Counted from the stretch's first letter, positions 9,124 through 18,181 are shown. The stretch is 64,000 nucleotides of DNA from Candidatus Falkowbacteria bacterium (GCA_003514005.1 DOSJ01000006.1:2281-66280), one strand, 5' to 3'. Made by a program: numbers and translations. The notes: generated by a model not told the origin, from the letters alone.

Positions 9124-9152
9124 TTGACTAATGCAAGAATTTATGCTATATT
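9124..9152 (+). promoter_or_regulatory. Sigma-70-type promoter (extended -10)
   Basis: TTGACT (9124-9129), 17-nt spacer, TGCTATATT (TATATT 9147-9152). Confidence 0.6.
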
Positions 9153-9250
9153 ATGTTTAATTAATTTAACTTAAGAAAATTTGAATTAAAAACTATTTAT
9201 TTTTTATACTGCGAAGCAAGTTGTCCATGCCTTGATACGCTTCAATACAT

Positions 9251-10468
9251 ATGGGAAATGTTTCTATTTTAGATCAAATTATCGATACGCAAAAAGCCGA
9301 GGAGATCGCCCGGTTGGATGCTGTTGAGATAATCGACAATCTTTTTAGCGAGCTGTCAAAGCGCGAGCGCGATGTTATTATCCGGCGCTATGGTTTGCAT
9401 GGCAATGGCAAAGAAACCCTTGAAAGCATCGGTGCCGCGCATGAGCTTACCCGCGAACGCATTCGTCAAATCGAAAGTTCCAGCGTCCGCAAATTACAGC
9501 AACTGAAAAATTTGGATAAATATATCAATAATTTGAAAAAAGTTATTTATCAGCTTTTGGAAGAGCACGGCGGCTTAATGGAAAAAGAATATATGCTGGA
9601 AACTTTGGTTGGTTTTTCTATCAACGGTTTTAAGGTTGAAAGCGAGAACAAAGCAATCCATAAAAATTATTTGAATTTTCTAATCACAAAGCTTTTACAC
9701 AAAGAATTTGAAGAAGGCTCCAGCTCCAAGCATTTTAAAGAATCATACCGCTTGAAATTCAAAGAAATCGATCATCTGCAGGAATTAGCAGAACAGTTGA
9801 TTGAACATATCAAAGAAAGCAAGCGCGTATTCAAAACCGATGAGCTGATCAAAAAAATAATCGAATTCGAAAGCTATATTAAAAATAAAGAAAAATTCTC
9901 TATCCCCGGCAGTATAGATATATCCTGGACCCTGAACCGCGATTTATTTGAAGAAGATGCCGAGTTTATCAACAAGCACAAAATACTGTATTCTATTTTG
10001 CGGGCAGTGAAAAAAATAGAACAGAATAAATTCGGCGATTGGGGGATTCATAATTGGCGAGAAATCAAACCAAAAACCATCAATGACAAAATATATTTAA
10101 TATTCAAATCACATAAAAAGCCGATGCATTTTGTTGAAATCGCCGATCGGATAAACAAAATCGGTTTTGATGCAAAAAAGGCAAATCCCGCTACTGTGCA
10201 TAACGAATTAATCTTGGACGGCAAATACGTCCTGGTGGGCAGGGGATTGTACGGCTTGAAAGAATGGGGATACAAGAACGGGACCGTAGTTAATGTTATT
10301 GAAGAGATTTTTAATGAGAGTGAAAAAGAACTATTAACCCGCGACGAGATTGTTGAAAAAGTTTTGGCAAAAAGAATGGTAAAAAAAGCGACAATAATCC
10401 TGGCGCTTATGAACAAAGACAAATTTGCCAAGGAAGACGGAAAATATCGATTAATAAAAAGTATTTAA
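9251..10468 (+). CDS. Sigma-70 region-4 HTH protein with C-terminal HARE-HTH-like domain (no region 2)
   Basis: 405 aa; N-terminus ERDVIIRRYGLHGNGKETLESIGAAHELTRERIRQIESSSVRKL is a region-4 signature; C-terminus HFVEIADRINKIG...TVHNELILDGKYVLVGRGLYGLKEWGY resembles the HARE-HTH of RNAP delta. Confidence 0.7.
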   Translation: MGNVSILDQIIDTQKAEEIARLDAVEIIDNLFSELSKRERDVIIRRYGLHGNGKETLESIGAAHELTRERIRQIESSSVRKLQQLKNLDKYINNLKKVIYQLLEEHGGLMEKEYMLETLVGFSINGFKVESENKAIHKNYLNFLITKLLHKEFEEGSSSKHFKESYRLKFKEIDHLQELAEQLIEHIKESKRVFKTDELIKKIIEFESYIKNKEKFSIPGSIDISWTLNRDLFEEDAEFINKHKILYSILRAVKKIEQNKFGDWGIHNWREIKPKTINDKIYLIFKSHKKPMHFVEIADRINKIGFDAKKANPATVHNELILDGKYVLVGRGLYGLKEWGYKNGTVVNVIEEIFNESEKELLTRDEIVEKVLAKRMVKKATIILALMNKDKFAKEDGKYRLIKSI

Positions 10469-10477
10469 AATATTTCA

Positions 10478-10517
10478 AAAACAGCCTTATTAAAATAAGG
10501 CTGTTTTTGTTTTTTGT
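10478..10517 (+). terminator. Rho-independent terminator
   Basis: ACAGCCTTA (10481-10489) pairs with TAAGGCTGT (10496-10504), followed by TTTTGTTTTTTG. Confidence 0.75.
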
Positions 10518-10591
10518 AAATTGAAAAATATTAAAGTTTGAACGTGATTAGTGGTGTGAAGTTCAAGTCTGTGCTGTTCGTTGCTTAACCA

Positions 10592-11332
10592 CTAATCGTG
10601 ACCACCGTCTACCACTAAAATACTTCCGGTAATATAGCTCGTATCATCACTGGCAAAAAATAAAATTGCCTTTGCTATTTCTTCTGGTAGCGCAAATCTT
10701 TTTAGATATATCTTCCTTGTTTCATCTTCAACAAATTCTTTGGATAAATCTTTATTCATGTCAGTATCTACCCAACCTGGAGCGATCGCATTAACTTGTA
10801 TCTTCGGAGCAAGCTCTTTTGCAAAATCTTTCGTTAATGTTATTACACCAGCTTTTGAGGCGTCATAATCAATCGCGTCGGGGCTAAAGCTGTTAATCGC
10901 ATTTGTAGAAGATATGTTAATTATTTTTCCGCCAGTTTTTTTCAGCATTTGCTCAGAAACATATTTACTACAAAGAAAATTTCCAAGCAAATTGACATCC
11001 AGAGTCCTTCTCCATTGCTCAACACTTCTTTCAAGAATCGGAACATCATAAACAATTCCTGCATTGTTAACAAGAATGTCAATTCTACCAAAAGTTTTCG
11101 TAGCTTGATTAATCATTTCAATAACTTCATTTTCTTTGGAAATATCACATTTTATCGCAATTGCTTCCGAATCCATTTTTTTAATGTCATCAACAACAGC
11201 AAATGCCTCTTTTTCGGAGGAAAAATAATTAACAATAACTTTTGCGCCCTCTTTTGCAAATAACAATGCGGTGGCTTTTCCAATGCCCCTGCTGGCCCCT
11301 GTTATTAGGGCAATTTTATTTTTTAATCTCAT
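10592..11332 (-). CDS. Short-chain dehydrogenase/reductase (FabG-like)
   Basis: 246 aa; TGASRGIGKA (TGxxxGxG), NNAG, YDASKAG (YxxxK). Confidence 0.85.
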   Translation of the reverse strand: MRLKNKIALITGASRGIGKATALLFAKEGAKVIVNYFSSEKEAFAVVDDIKKMDSEAIAIKCDISKENEVIEMINQATKTFGRIDILVNNAGIVYDVPILERSVEQWRRTLDVNLLGNFLCSKYVSEQMLKKTGGKIINISSTNAINSFSPDAIDYDASKAGVITLTKDFAKELAPKIQVNAIAPGWVDTDMNKDLSKEFVEDETRKIYLKRFALPEEIAKAILFFASDDTSYITGSILVVDGGHD

Positions 11333-11518
11333 ATTATTTTGCTAGTTATTATAATTTTTTTCAATCTACGATCAGACTTGAATTTCGCACAAAATTACAT
11401 TTATTTTTTTCTTTGATTTGCGAATGCAAACCACTTTTAAAAAGAATTAAAAAGTGTTTTTCGTTTTGAGGAATAGGGAAATTAAAGTAGTGAATTTTCT
11501 TTGTGCAAAAACTCCTAT

Positions 11519-12076
11519 TTAGACTTTTGGCAGACAAGATTTTACATTTTTGATTATATGATTATAAACAAATTCAAAATCAACGATTAATTCCGAAATG
11601 TTTGGCTGTATGTCATCTGGCGTTTTTTGACCGTGTGCTAATTCATGTCTGATTCTGTTAATTCTTTCGAGTCTTGCGTTAATGTCTGGTTGAAGAGAAA
11701 TTAGATTTTGTGCAGTATTAAATAAAGTATTGAAATTATTTTTTGCTTTTTCACCGACCACGTTACTAATAAGCCCTCTTATTTGGTCAAGTTTAGTACT
11801 ATGAAAACCCTCAATATTTTTTTCTCGAGCCCCCATTTGTGTTTCTAAAAAATACTGTACATATTTTTTACCTCTGTATGCGGCAGATTTGTGGTGTTTA
11901 ATCGTTTTATCGAGCCAGTTTTGCAATATCGTTTCAATCATATATTCTATAGCACCGCAAACCAGAACATATGCGAAAGACATCATCTCTAATTTATAAA
12001 CACTTGTTGCCGGGTATTTATCTATGTCTTTTAGTGTTCGTATGATATATTTTTTTCTTTCTAAGATATCATTCAT
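11519..12076 (-). CDS. Stand-alone HEPN-like protein (putative RNase effector)
   Basis: 185 aa, helical-looking; C-terminal RINRIRHELAHG contains an Rx4H motif (RHELAH); 5-nt gap from the upstream DUF262 gene. Confidence 0.6.
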   Translation of the reverse strand: MNDILERKKYIIRTLKDIDKYPATSVYKLEMMSFAYVLVCGAIEYMIETILQNWLDKTIKHHKSAAYRGKKYVQYFLETQMGAREKNIEGFHSTKLDQIRGLISNVVGEKAKNNFNTLFNTAQNLISLQPDINARLERINRIRHELAHGQKTPDDIQPNISELIVDFEFVYNHIIKNVKSCLPKV

Positions 12077-12081
12077 ACGAA

Positions 12082-13179
12082 TTATGTTGCAAGAATTTTT
12101 TTAGCTATTTCCATTCTTTGTTTGTAATTTTTTTTATCAGATGTTTGTGCCGTTATAGAATTGATATAGTCTTGATTGTTAATCAATGTAGTATAATTTG
12201 ATTTTAAATTACCCCCCATTAATTTACTACTGCCCTGTAAATGAGCTACTGCACTCATCACAGATTCAAATATTGCGCGGTTAAAGGTTTTAGAATCTTT
12301 GGTTCGTGGAAAAGCTGAGCCGATATTTTTATCAATAACTATAATAGTATCATTGAATAAATTTTTATATTCTATAATTTTTTGTTCATTAATGTTTTGA
12401 TTAGTACTCATGAATTTATTTAAAAACGAAGTTATAGGCTTGTCATAATTGTGTCCTTCAAAAAATGCTGCAAAAAATCTTAAAATTGTTTCAACGTCCT
12501 TCATTCTTTTATCTGATTTTTTTGAAATTATTTTTCTCCAGGTGGTATTTTTTTCGTTTATTTCAAAAAGTAAATCGTTAAAAGTTCCACCGTATATACA
12601 ATTTCTAATTTCTTGTTGATTCAATACTACGCTGCCTGTGTTAATTCTTTGAAAGGCAGCAAATTTTATATTTGGATCTTCTTTTGGGTAAACAAGAATA
12701 ATTGCTTTTAATACAGCATTTTTTATTTTTTTTTGATAAGACTCATCAAGATCGTCGAACGTCTTATTTATAAATCTTTTATCTATTCCTTCATTATCTT
12801 TATCTCCGGTGAGTTTAAATATTCTTTCATCTCTGAACCTGCCTTTAAAAAAATCACAAATTGATAAGAGTCTTTGTTGTCCGTCTATTACTTCCATGGT
12901 TTCAGATTCTGGGTCTCTCCCTAATAAAATATTCGGCACAGGATAACCCAGCAAAAGGGATTCAATAAGTTTGCTTGCTTTTTTAATATCCCAAACAAAT
13001 TTTCTCTGGAAACTTGGCTGGACAATTATCTGTTTTGTTTCATTATATTGTCTAATTGAATCTAGGGTGTAATCAGCGCCATAACTAATAATTGGCCCTT
13101 TTAAGGGTAATGACTCTTCATCAGTATCTTCAATACTGAAAACTGATTCTTTAATTAGGGCTTTTTTTGATTTGGTCAT
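12082..13179 (-). CDS. DUF262 (ParB/Srx-like NTPase, GmrSD N-terminal type) protein lacking a DUF1524 nuclease half
   Basis: 365 aa; PSFQRKFVWD, LLGYPVPNI, VIDGQQRLLSI, FQRINTGSVVLNQQEIRN are textbook DUF262 motifs; no H-N-H or His-Me motif in the C-terminal part. Confidence 0.85.
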   Translation of the reverse strand: MTKSKKALIKESVFSIEDTDEESLPLKGPIISYGADYTLDSIRQYNETKQIIVQPSFQRKFVWDIKKASKLIESLLLGYPVPNILLGRDPESETMEVIDGQQRLLSICDFFKGRFRDERIFKLTGDKDNEGIDKRFINKTFDDLDESYQKKIKNAVLKAIILVYPKEDPNIKFAAFQRINTGSVVLNQQEIRNCIYGGTFNDLLFEINEKNTTWRKIISKKSDKRMKDVETILRFFAAFFEGHNYDKPITSFLNKFMSTNQNINEQKIIEYKNLFNDTIIVIDKNIGSAFPRTKDSKTFNRAIFESVMSAVAHLQGSSKLMGGNLKSNYTTLINNQDYINSITAQTSDKKNYKQRMEIAKKILAT

Positions 13180-13362
13180 ATATTGAATTTATTAATAATT
13201 CGTTTTTGTAGTATTAGCGAAGAAAATATCACATTACCCCTATTTTAATTAATGAAAAAGAAATTTTAAAATTTTTTTTCTGTTTTGGTTTTTAGGTAGA
13301 GGGGTTAGGGGTGAATGTCTAAAATCAAAAACTCCTCATTGGTTTTATTTTAATTGCAAGTA

Positions 13363-14577
13363 TTACTGCATAACTTGACTTGGGTGTAAGGAAAAGTTAA
13401 TTTTTTCTCTCGACTCAAATAATTTCTCCGATTGAATACTTTTTTCTTTTGCTAAATCTTTTTCAACTTGTTCAAGCATTTCGAATTCTACTTTTGAAAA
13501 TAAATTTGCGGGTATGCTATCCAATCTCTTTTTCACAGTTTTAATTGCCTGATCAGATTGATCTATTCCAATCCATTTTCGGTTCAGCTCTTGAGCCGCC
13601 AAAAGTGTTGTTCCTGATCCACAAAAACAATCAAGCACTAAATCGCCCTCATTTGATGAGGCGTTCAAAATAAGTTTTAATAAATCTAAGTTTTTTTCTG
13701 TCGGATAATTTGGATATTGAGGATCTTTAAATTCCCAAATATCTTGCATTTTTTTTCCGTCTTTTTCGTCAAGAAATATTTTTTTTCTTGGCACGCCGTT
13801 TGATGACCACTCAATAAGACCTGTTTTATCCCATTCCTCTAATAACGCGGGTTCACTGCGCCAATGGCGGCCTTTTGGTGGTTTTATTCCCTTCCACTCT
13901 CTTCCTGTATTTCCGTTTGCAGTTTCACCAGGGGCGTGCAAAGGTATCGTCGTGTATGATCGTCCATCTTTGTCAACTTTTTTAAATAATCGCGCCTCAT
14001 CTTCCACCGTATATTGGACACGAGGATTGTTCCAAGTTGGATTTTCAGATTTTGAATAGAAAAGAATTAAATCCTTAACATTTCCGTAGGCCTTGCGATT
14101 AAAGTTTTTTGGATTACATTTAATTCGAGTAATATCATTACGAAAATTTTTGCGACCAAAAACTTCATCCATAATCAATTTAACATAATGACCGACTTTA
14201 TAATCAATGTGAAGATAAATTGATCCATTTTCCGATAGTAATTCTCTTAAAAAAAATAAACGTTCTCGTAAAAATTCTAAAAAGTCAGCCCCTATAAGAG
14301 TGTCACTATAAGCTATGTCATCATCACCGCTACTGCTAATCGTACTAGCCCTATCCTCGCCAATTTTAAAATGCCCGTTTGTTGCAAAGGGCGGATCAAT
14401 GTATATCAAATCTACTTTGCCCGTATATTCGTCAAGCAATGTTTTTAAAATTGGAAGATTGTCGCCTTGAATCAATTTGTTTCCTGTTTTTCCACCGAAA
14501 ACCGTCTTTAATTTAGCATTCACGGTTTGAGCGAGAATATCTTCCTCGGATTTTTTATTTTCGTATGAGATAATCAT
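13363..14577 (-). CDS. Site-specific DNA methyltransferase, beta-class (N6-adenine or N4-cytosine)
   Basis: 404 aa; motif IV DLIYIDPPFATNG lies N-terminal to motif I VLDCFCGSGTTLLAAQ...GIDQ (order IV then I gives beta class). Confidence 0.9.
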   Translation of the reverse strand: MIISYENKKSEEDILAQTVNAKLKTVFGGKTGNKLIQGDNLPILKTLLDEYTGKVDLIYIDPPFATNGHFKIGEDRASTISSSGDDDIAYSDTLIGADFLEFLRERLFFLRELLSENGSIYLHIDYKVGHYVKLIMDEVFGRKNFRNDITRIKCNPKNFNRKAYGNVKDLILFYSKSENPTWNNPRVQYTVEDEARLFKKVDKDGRSYTTIPLHAPGETANGNTGREWKGIKPPKGRHWRSEPALLEEWDKTGLIEWSSNGVPRKKIFLDEKDGKKMQDIWEFKDPQYPNYPTEKNLDLLKLILNASSNEGDLVLDCFCGSGTTLLAAQELNRKWIGIDQSDQAIKTVKKRLDSIPANLFSKVEFEMLEQVEKDLAKEKSIQSEKLFESREKINFSLHPSQVMQ

Positions 14578-14579
14578 AA

Positions 14580-15362
14580 TTAAAGCTGATAAAGAAATTC
14601 GCGTAAAACTAAGGCACTTACTATATTTTCTTTTTTTAATTTTCCTGTTATGTCCTTGTGCATTTTATTTTTGCCTTTGATGTAGAGCACTCCATCTAGA
14701 ATCGCAATTATTGTTGCTTTTACGCCCTTCGCTTTTACCGTTGAAATTGCGTCATTAAACTGCGCGTTCTGGTGTCCGCCAAAATCAGTTAAAAATTTTG
14801 CTTCACCGATGACATATTTTCCATTAAAACGTCCGATAAAATCAAGACCCTTATTATGCTTATAATTCAAATGCTCTCTTGCAAAAGCCATCATTCCAGC
14901 ATCGCCTGCATCCAAAATAGCGTTTCCCTTTGCTTTTAAAAATTTGTCATGCTTCACAGGGGTAATTCCCAAAGATTTAGTATTAACCCAACGCTTAAAA
15001 AGCGGACCGATTTGGCGGTTTGTTTCTTTTGGCTCAGACGATCGAGAAAAAATTTCATCAAGACCCATATCATAAAGTCTACCGCACAAACGATCAACCG
15101 TGGCAGGATTTCGTTTTAATGATGCCTTGTCGCGTTTAAGATATGCCACATACGAATCTTTAATTGGAAATAAATCCATCCTTAAAAGATTTTCAAGTAG
15201 TGTGTCGTTATCTTTCTTTTTAAACGCTTTTTCTACTTTTTTCCATAATTCTCCGTCAAGATCTCTTATACCTTCGGGAATTGTAGGATAAACATGAAAA
15301 AGATCGTCTAGGTAACTCCTTTGATTAGCATATTCTATACTTAGCTGTGTCCAATGATTCAT
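14580..15362 (-). CDS. Restriction endonuclease candidate (PD-(D/E)XK-like)
   Basis: 260 aa; 2-nt gap to the MTase start; GLDFIGRFNGKYVIGEAKF gives D-x12-E-x-K; no other motif recognised. Confidence 0.6.
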   Translation of the reverse strand: MNHWTQLSIEYANQRSYLDDLFHVYPTIPEGIRDLDGELWKKVEKAFKKKDNDTLLENLLRMDLFPIKDSYVAYLKRDKASLKRNPATVDRLCGRLYDMGLDEIFSRSSEPKETNRQIGPLFKRWVNTKSLGITPVKHDKFLKAKGNAILDAGDAGMMAFAREHLNYKHNKGLDFIGRFNGKYVIGEAKFLTDFGGHQNAQFNDAISTVKAKGVKATIIAILDGVLYIKGKNKMHKDITGKLKKENIVSALVLREFLYQL

Positions 15363-15509
15363 ATGTTTATTTTACTATAAAAATGAATAAAATAGAAATC
15401 GTTTTTTACTACCCCTTTGTGAGTAGAAAAAACACCTTATTACTCTATATAAATAAAAAACTATTTTTCATTATTATTAAAAAAGTAAATTTAAAAAAAG
15501 AAAGAATTT

Positions 15510-15530
15510 ATTTCACACAATGTGTGAAAT
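15510..15530. promoter_or_regulatory. Perfect 9-bp-arm palindrome (candidate protein-binding site)
   Basis: ATTTCACAC-AAT-GTGTGAAAT; located in the 456-bp divergent region between the REase gene and the 15819 gene. Confidence 0.35.
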
Positions 15531-15655
15531 ACAAACTTATTGATTTTTTATTAAATATTAGTTTAAGAATTTATTTAAATTTCTAATAAACTTACTCTTT
15601 GAATTAAATATACCAACATACTAACAAAGATTCTATTTTTATTTTAGCACAAGAG

Positions 15656-15675
15656 CTAAGATTGCACAATCTTAG
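15656..15675. promoter_or_regulatory. Perfect 20-bp palindrome (candidate protein-binding site)
   Basis: CTAAGATTGCACAATCTTAG reads identically on both strands; same divergent region. Confidence 0.3.
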
Positions 15676-15818
15676 TAGAGATATCTTCGATATGTAATCG
15701 TGTTTTAAAAAATTACATTGGTAATAGAATGAACGCAATGTAGCATATAAACAAAGTGCTAAAAACTAAAGGCTGTTTTTATTTTTGTTAAAATTATGTT
15801 ATAATAAAAACACGACAT

Positions 15819-18176
15819 ATGTTTTTAGAAACAGAAAAACCAAACTCGTATAAAGATAAGAAGGAGGTATTCGGGCAAGCGCCAGAGACTCAGGATCCGA
15901 ACAGCAATATTTTTGTATTGTTGGGTGTTATTATAATTATTTTTTTAGTTTTTGCTTTGGCGTATATCACCTTATCAGATAAATCAAATAATAAGGCGCA
16001 GGTAGCGCCACAAAAAAATATTGCTACCACAAGCACAGGGAAATTGCCCCCTGATATTAGTGTCAACCAGTCGGATCAGTATGATCTGGGAACTTCGACC
16101 GATGTTTTGATTGCTGAAAATGTCAGTTTTGGATATTTTTATAAAAAACCGGAAAATAATCGCGAAATTACATTACAAAAATATGAGTTGCCTCTAAATA
16201 TCAAGACTGATGTGAAAAATTATTATGACGCAAGTCGTAAAATCAATTTGGATGAATACTTGGATGATTTGAATACTTATGGCTTTACGGTATTGGAAAA
16301 TCAATCCGAAATCACGGACAAAGATTTTTATTCAGCATATCATGATTTAGCAAGCAAAGATTTGCCAATGGTCATTACGGATGATTTTATTTTTTATTAT
16401 TATCAAAATGTTTTTAAAGACGTATATAAAGAAATTGAAAAAAATGTTTTTTATGAACATGTCTGGCGTTTGAATAAAGCGCTTTACGATATCGCTTTGA
16501 CGCGCTACAAGAACAGCGAAGAAATAATGGGCGCAGACAATAACCCGGTTTTGGAAGGACAAAGACAGCAACTGGCTTACTTGGCGATGGCATTAAAATT
16601 ATTAATGCCGACAAAAGAGCAAATATCAGAAGACGTAAATTTTAGCAATTCAAATAAGTTTACTCCTCAAGAAGCGGATAAATATGGCTTCGTAATTCCT
16701 GATTTTTTGCAAGCCGACATTGAAAAGGAATACAAGTTGATTTCTTTCGCCAATAAAATAGAGAAGTCACCGATTATGCTTTACCCGCTTGATTACAAAA
16801 AATTCTCTATTCCAAGCAACTATCTTGCAAACGCAAAACTAAGCAATTTTTATGTTACTTTGACATGGCTAAAAAATGTTTTCCCTCTTTACTACAAAAA
16901 TTCCGATTGCGAGGATTGCCTGTTGGATAAAGATGACTGGGTGATAAATATGTATGCCGGCGCGAGATTAGCCCGTGACTTGAACGATAATCAAGATCTG
17001 AAAAATCAGTGGGCGATAATCTATAAGTTTATTTCTTTTTTTTCCGGCTTGCGGCAAGACATGACGTATCTAAACTACCACGACAATTTGCAAAAGCTGT
17101 TTGGTAAAAATTATAATTTGGAAAAAATATTTTCTTTGGATAACGACGGCCGGGATAATGATTTACAAAAAATCCAAGACAATCTGGCGGAATTGCAATT
17201 CTCTCGGATTGAAGGCGGTATTGATCGCAGTGATATCAAAAATCGGCCTTTTATCGGGATGCGGCTTTTGCAGGAAGACTTTTGGCCGAATGATTATATC
17301 TTTAAGGAGCTAAGCAATGATTCGATTAAGGCAAGCTTTACAAAAATTACTGACAACACGAGAAAAACCGCGTGCAGTGATAAAAAGGGCGGAGTATATC
17401 GTTGCAGTGGATTTGGTTATGATGTATTAGGTCTTGTCAAACCGATTGATATTAATAGTGAGTATTATTATGACAACATTGATTACGCGGGATATACTGA
17501 ACGACTTGCCGGCTTAAGGCATGAGATTGAATATTTTAATCAGAATACTTGGAACAATAATGTCTATTGGCTGACGCTTGATATCTTGAAAAAAATCCTA
17601 AACAACACATCGCAAAATAAAGCAGTTTACGCAGAGAGCAGTAAATGGAATCAGGGAAGAAGCTACCAGACTGCTTTAGGCGCATGGGTCAATTTACATC
17701 TTGACGAAGATACTCTCGTGCCCTACGCGGAACAGGAAACCAATACGCACGGGCTTGGTTTGTATAATCGTTCATGCAATTTGAATAATTATATTGAACT
17801 TGATGTCGAATTTATTGATGAACTTATCGCGCGCAATGTGATAATGATTAAAATGCTTAGCATCTTGAAAGTTGATAAAGATACGAATGCCGCCTCGCTT
17901 AGGCTCAAGGATCTGAATTCGGATCTGCAAAAGCTTTCGGTTATCGCAGAAAAATTAATCAAAAACCAAGCAATAGACGATGATGATTGCCGGATGTTGG
18001 ATGACTTTGCGCGGCGTAATGTCGTTGATAAGCTGGCTTCAAAATCATTCAGCATAAATTCAACGGAAAAAGCCTCGGTGCAAAGCGTGGAAAAGATAAA
18101 AATACTGGCAATGATATATAATCGTGGAAATGAAAAAATATTGGTTTTTGGCCCGATGTTTGCATATAAAGAGTAA
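15819..18176 (+). CDS. Large N-terminally anchored extracytoplasmic protein, function unknown
   Basis: 785-aa ORF; TM IFVLLGVIIIIFLVFALAYITL near the N-terminus; no motif recognised. Confidence 0.7.
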   Translation: MFLETEKPNSYKDKKEVFGQAPETQDPNSNIFVLLGVIIIIFLVFALAYITLSDKSNNKAQVAPQKNIATTSTGKLPPDISVNQSDQYDLGTSTDVLIAENVSFGYFYKKPENNREITLQKYELPLNIKTDVKNYYDASRKINLDEYLDDLNTYGFTVLENQSEITDKDFYSAYHDLASKDLPMVITDDFIFYYYQNVFKDVYKEIEKNVFYEHVWRLNKALYDIALTRYKNSEEIMGADNNPVLEGQRQQLAYLAMALKLLMPTKEQISEDVNFSNSNKFTPQEADKYGFVIPDFLQADIEKEYKLISFANKIEKSPIMLYPLDYKKFSIPSNYLANAKLSNFYVTLTWLKNVFPLYYKNSDCEDCLLDKDDWVINMYAGARLARDLNDNQDLKNQWAIIYKFISFFSGLRQDMTYLNYHDNLQKLFGKNYNLEKIFSLDNDGRDNDLQKIQDNLAELQFSRIEGGIDRSDIKNRPFIGMRLLQEDFWPNDYIFKELSNDSIKASFTKITDNTRKTACSDKKGGVYRCSGFGYDVLGLVKPIDINSEYYYDNIDYAGYTERLAGLRHEIEYFNQNTWNNNVYWLTLDILKKILNNTSQNKAVYAESSKWNQGRSYQTALGAWVNLHLDEDTLVPYAEQETNTHGLGLYNRSCNLNNYIELDVEFIDELIARNVIMIKMLSILKVDKDTNAASLRLKDLNSDLQKLSVIAEKLIKNQAIDDDDCRMLDDFARRNVVDKLASKSFSINSTEKASVQSVEKIKILAMIYNRGNEKILVFGPMFAYKE

Positions 18177-18181
18177 TATTC

